64,000 nt of DNA from Paecilomyces variotii (Eukaryota). The notes beneath the pieces are model-generated. The model searched no databases, was not told the origin of the DNA, and saw only the letters and a program-made list of their open reading frames with translations. The stretch lies in NCBI GenBank assembly GCA_004022145.1, contig RCNU01000009.1; one strand, written 5' to 3'. Made by a program: the position numbers and the translations under genes. This document shows, piece by piece, positions 63,389 to 64,000 of the stretch (the stretch's first letter is position 1; each line of letters begins with the position of its first letter).

Positions 63389-64000
63389 CTCGAATATAAT
63401 TAGATTAAGATAATTCGTCAGTGGTATTGTATCTGATATAAAAGTAATAGAGCCCAGCTCGTTGTTGAATGTCGAAGACGCCCAGCGCTCAACCAGTGCC
63501 TAAGTATAGAATACTAAAATAAATCAAAGAAAGTCAAGAGTTGAGAATAGAGGGATTTGCGAACGGTAAGCTCATCGATCAAATCGACCAGGAGACATCA
63601 GAGGAGAAACGAGTAATTAAAGGCCCTTTCCACGGCGTGCAACCCCTCATAACCAAACCCAGTTTCTCAACTGAAATCACGGTTGTCGATAGTCAACATC
63701 GCAACTAATGGGAACCATCACGCCAGCCCTGCACCTTGGCGAAGTAGCGTGTTCTATAACAGGCCAGAACCTGTGAAGGAAGTTAGGAAATAACAGGCCC
63801 ATATTCGCGACTTGGTGTGTCTTGATGGCGATTCGAGGATCTCACCCCGTTGATCAAGGCGGGCGGTTAAGCAATCTGCTCTTCGTGGGGATGATTGGGC
63901 GAATCCGTTGACAGTCACCCGGCTAGAGCTTTAGGGGCGGTAAGGTACAGCACTCACAGCAATAGCCATTCCCAAATATAGATCAGATGGGGGAATAATT

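Overview
Gene-dense eukaryotic DNA from a filamentous ascomycete, most like Eurotiales/Aspergillus (short GT-AG introns with CTRAC branch points). I assembled 23 protein-coding genes by hand-splicing. The conserved-looking backbone has a pseudokinase cut by the window start, a Dal5-type MFS transporter, a CmcJ/AsaB-like oxidoreductase, a hemerythrin protein, a DUF3433 membrane protein, two GPI-anchored CFEM proteins, an acidic Ifh1/Crf1-like protein, Myb-like and BTB proteins, Sec11, an E2 enzyme, a P450, an acyltransferase-3, a TBC Rab-GAP and an AMID/FSP1-like oxidoreductase. Two AT/TpA-rich accessory patches interrupt it. The first (~6.3-8.9 kb) holds a TA-flanked pogo/Tc1-type MITE, a Uma2-like PD-(D/E)xK nuclease-fold gene and a degenerate 21-25 bp repeat array. 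The second (~51.5-58.3 kb) holds an APH-like kinase, a His/Cys papain-like protein, a decayed relic, a 158 bp hairpin-containing tandem duplication, a second nuclease-fold gene and an F-box gene, and is a candidate biological-conflict island. No rRNA, tRNA or CRISPR was found. All family assignments come from motif recognition, not database searches.
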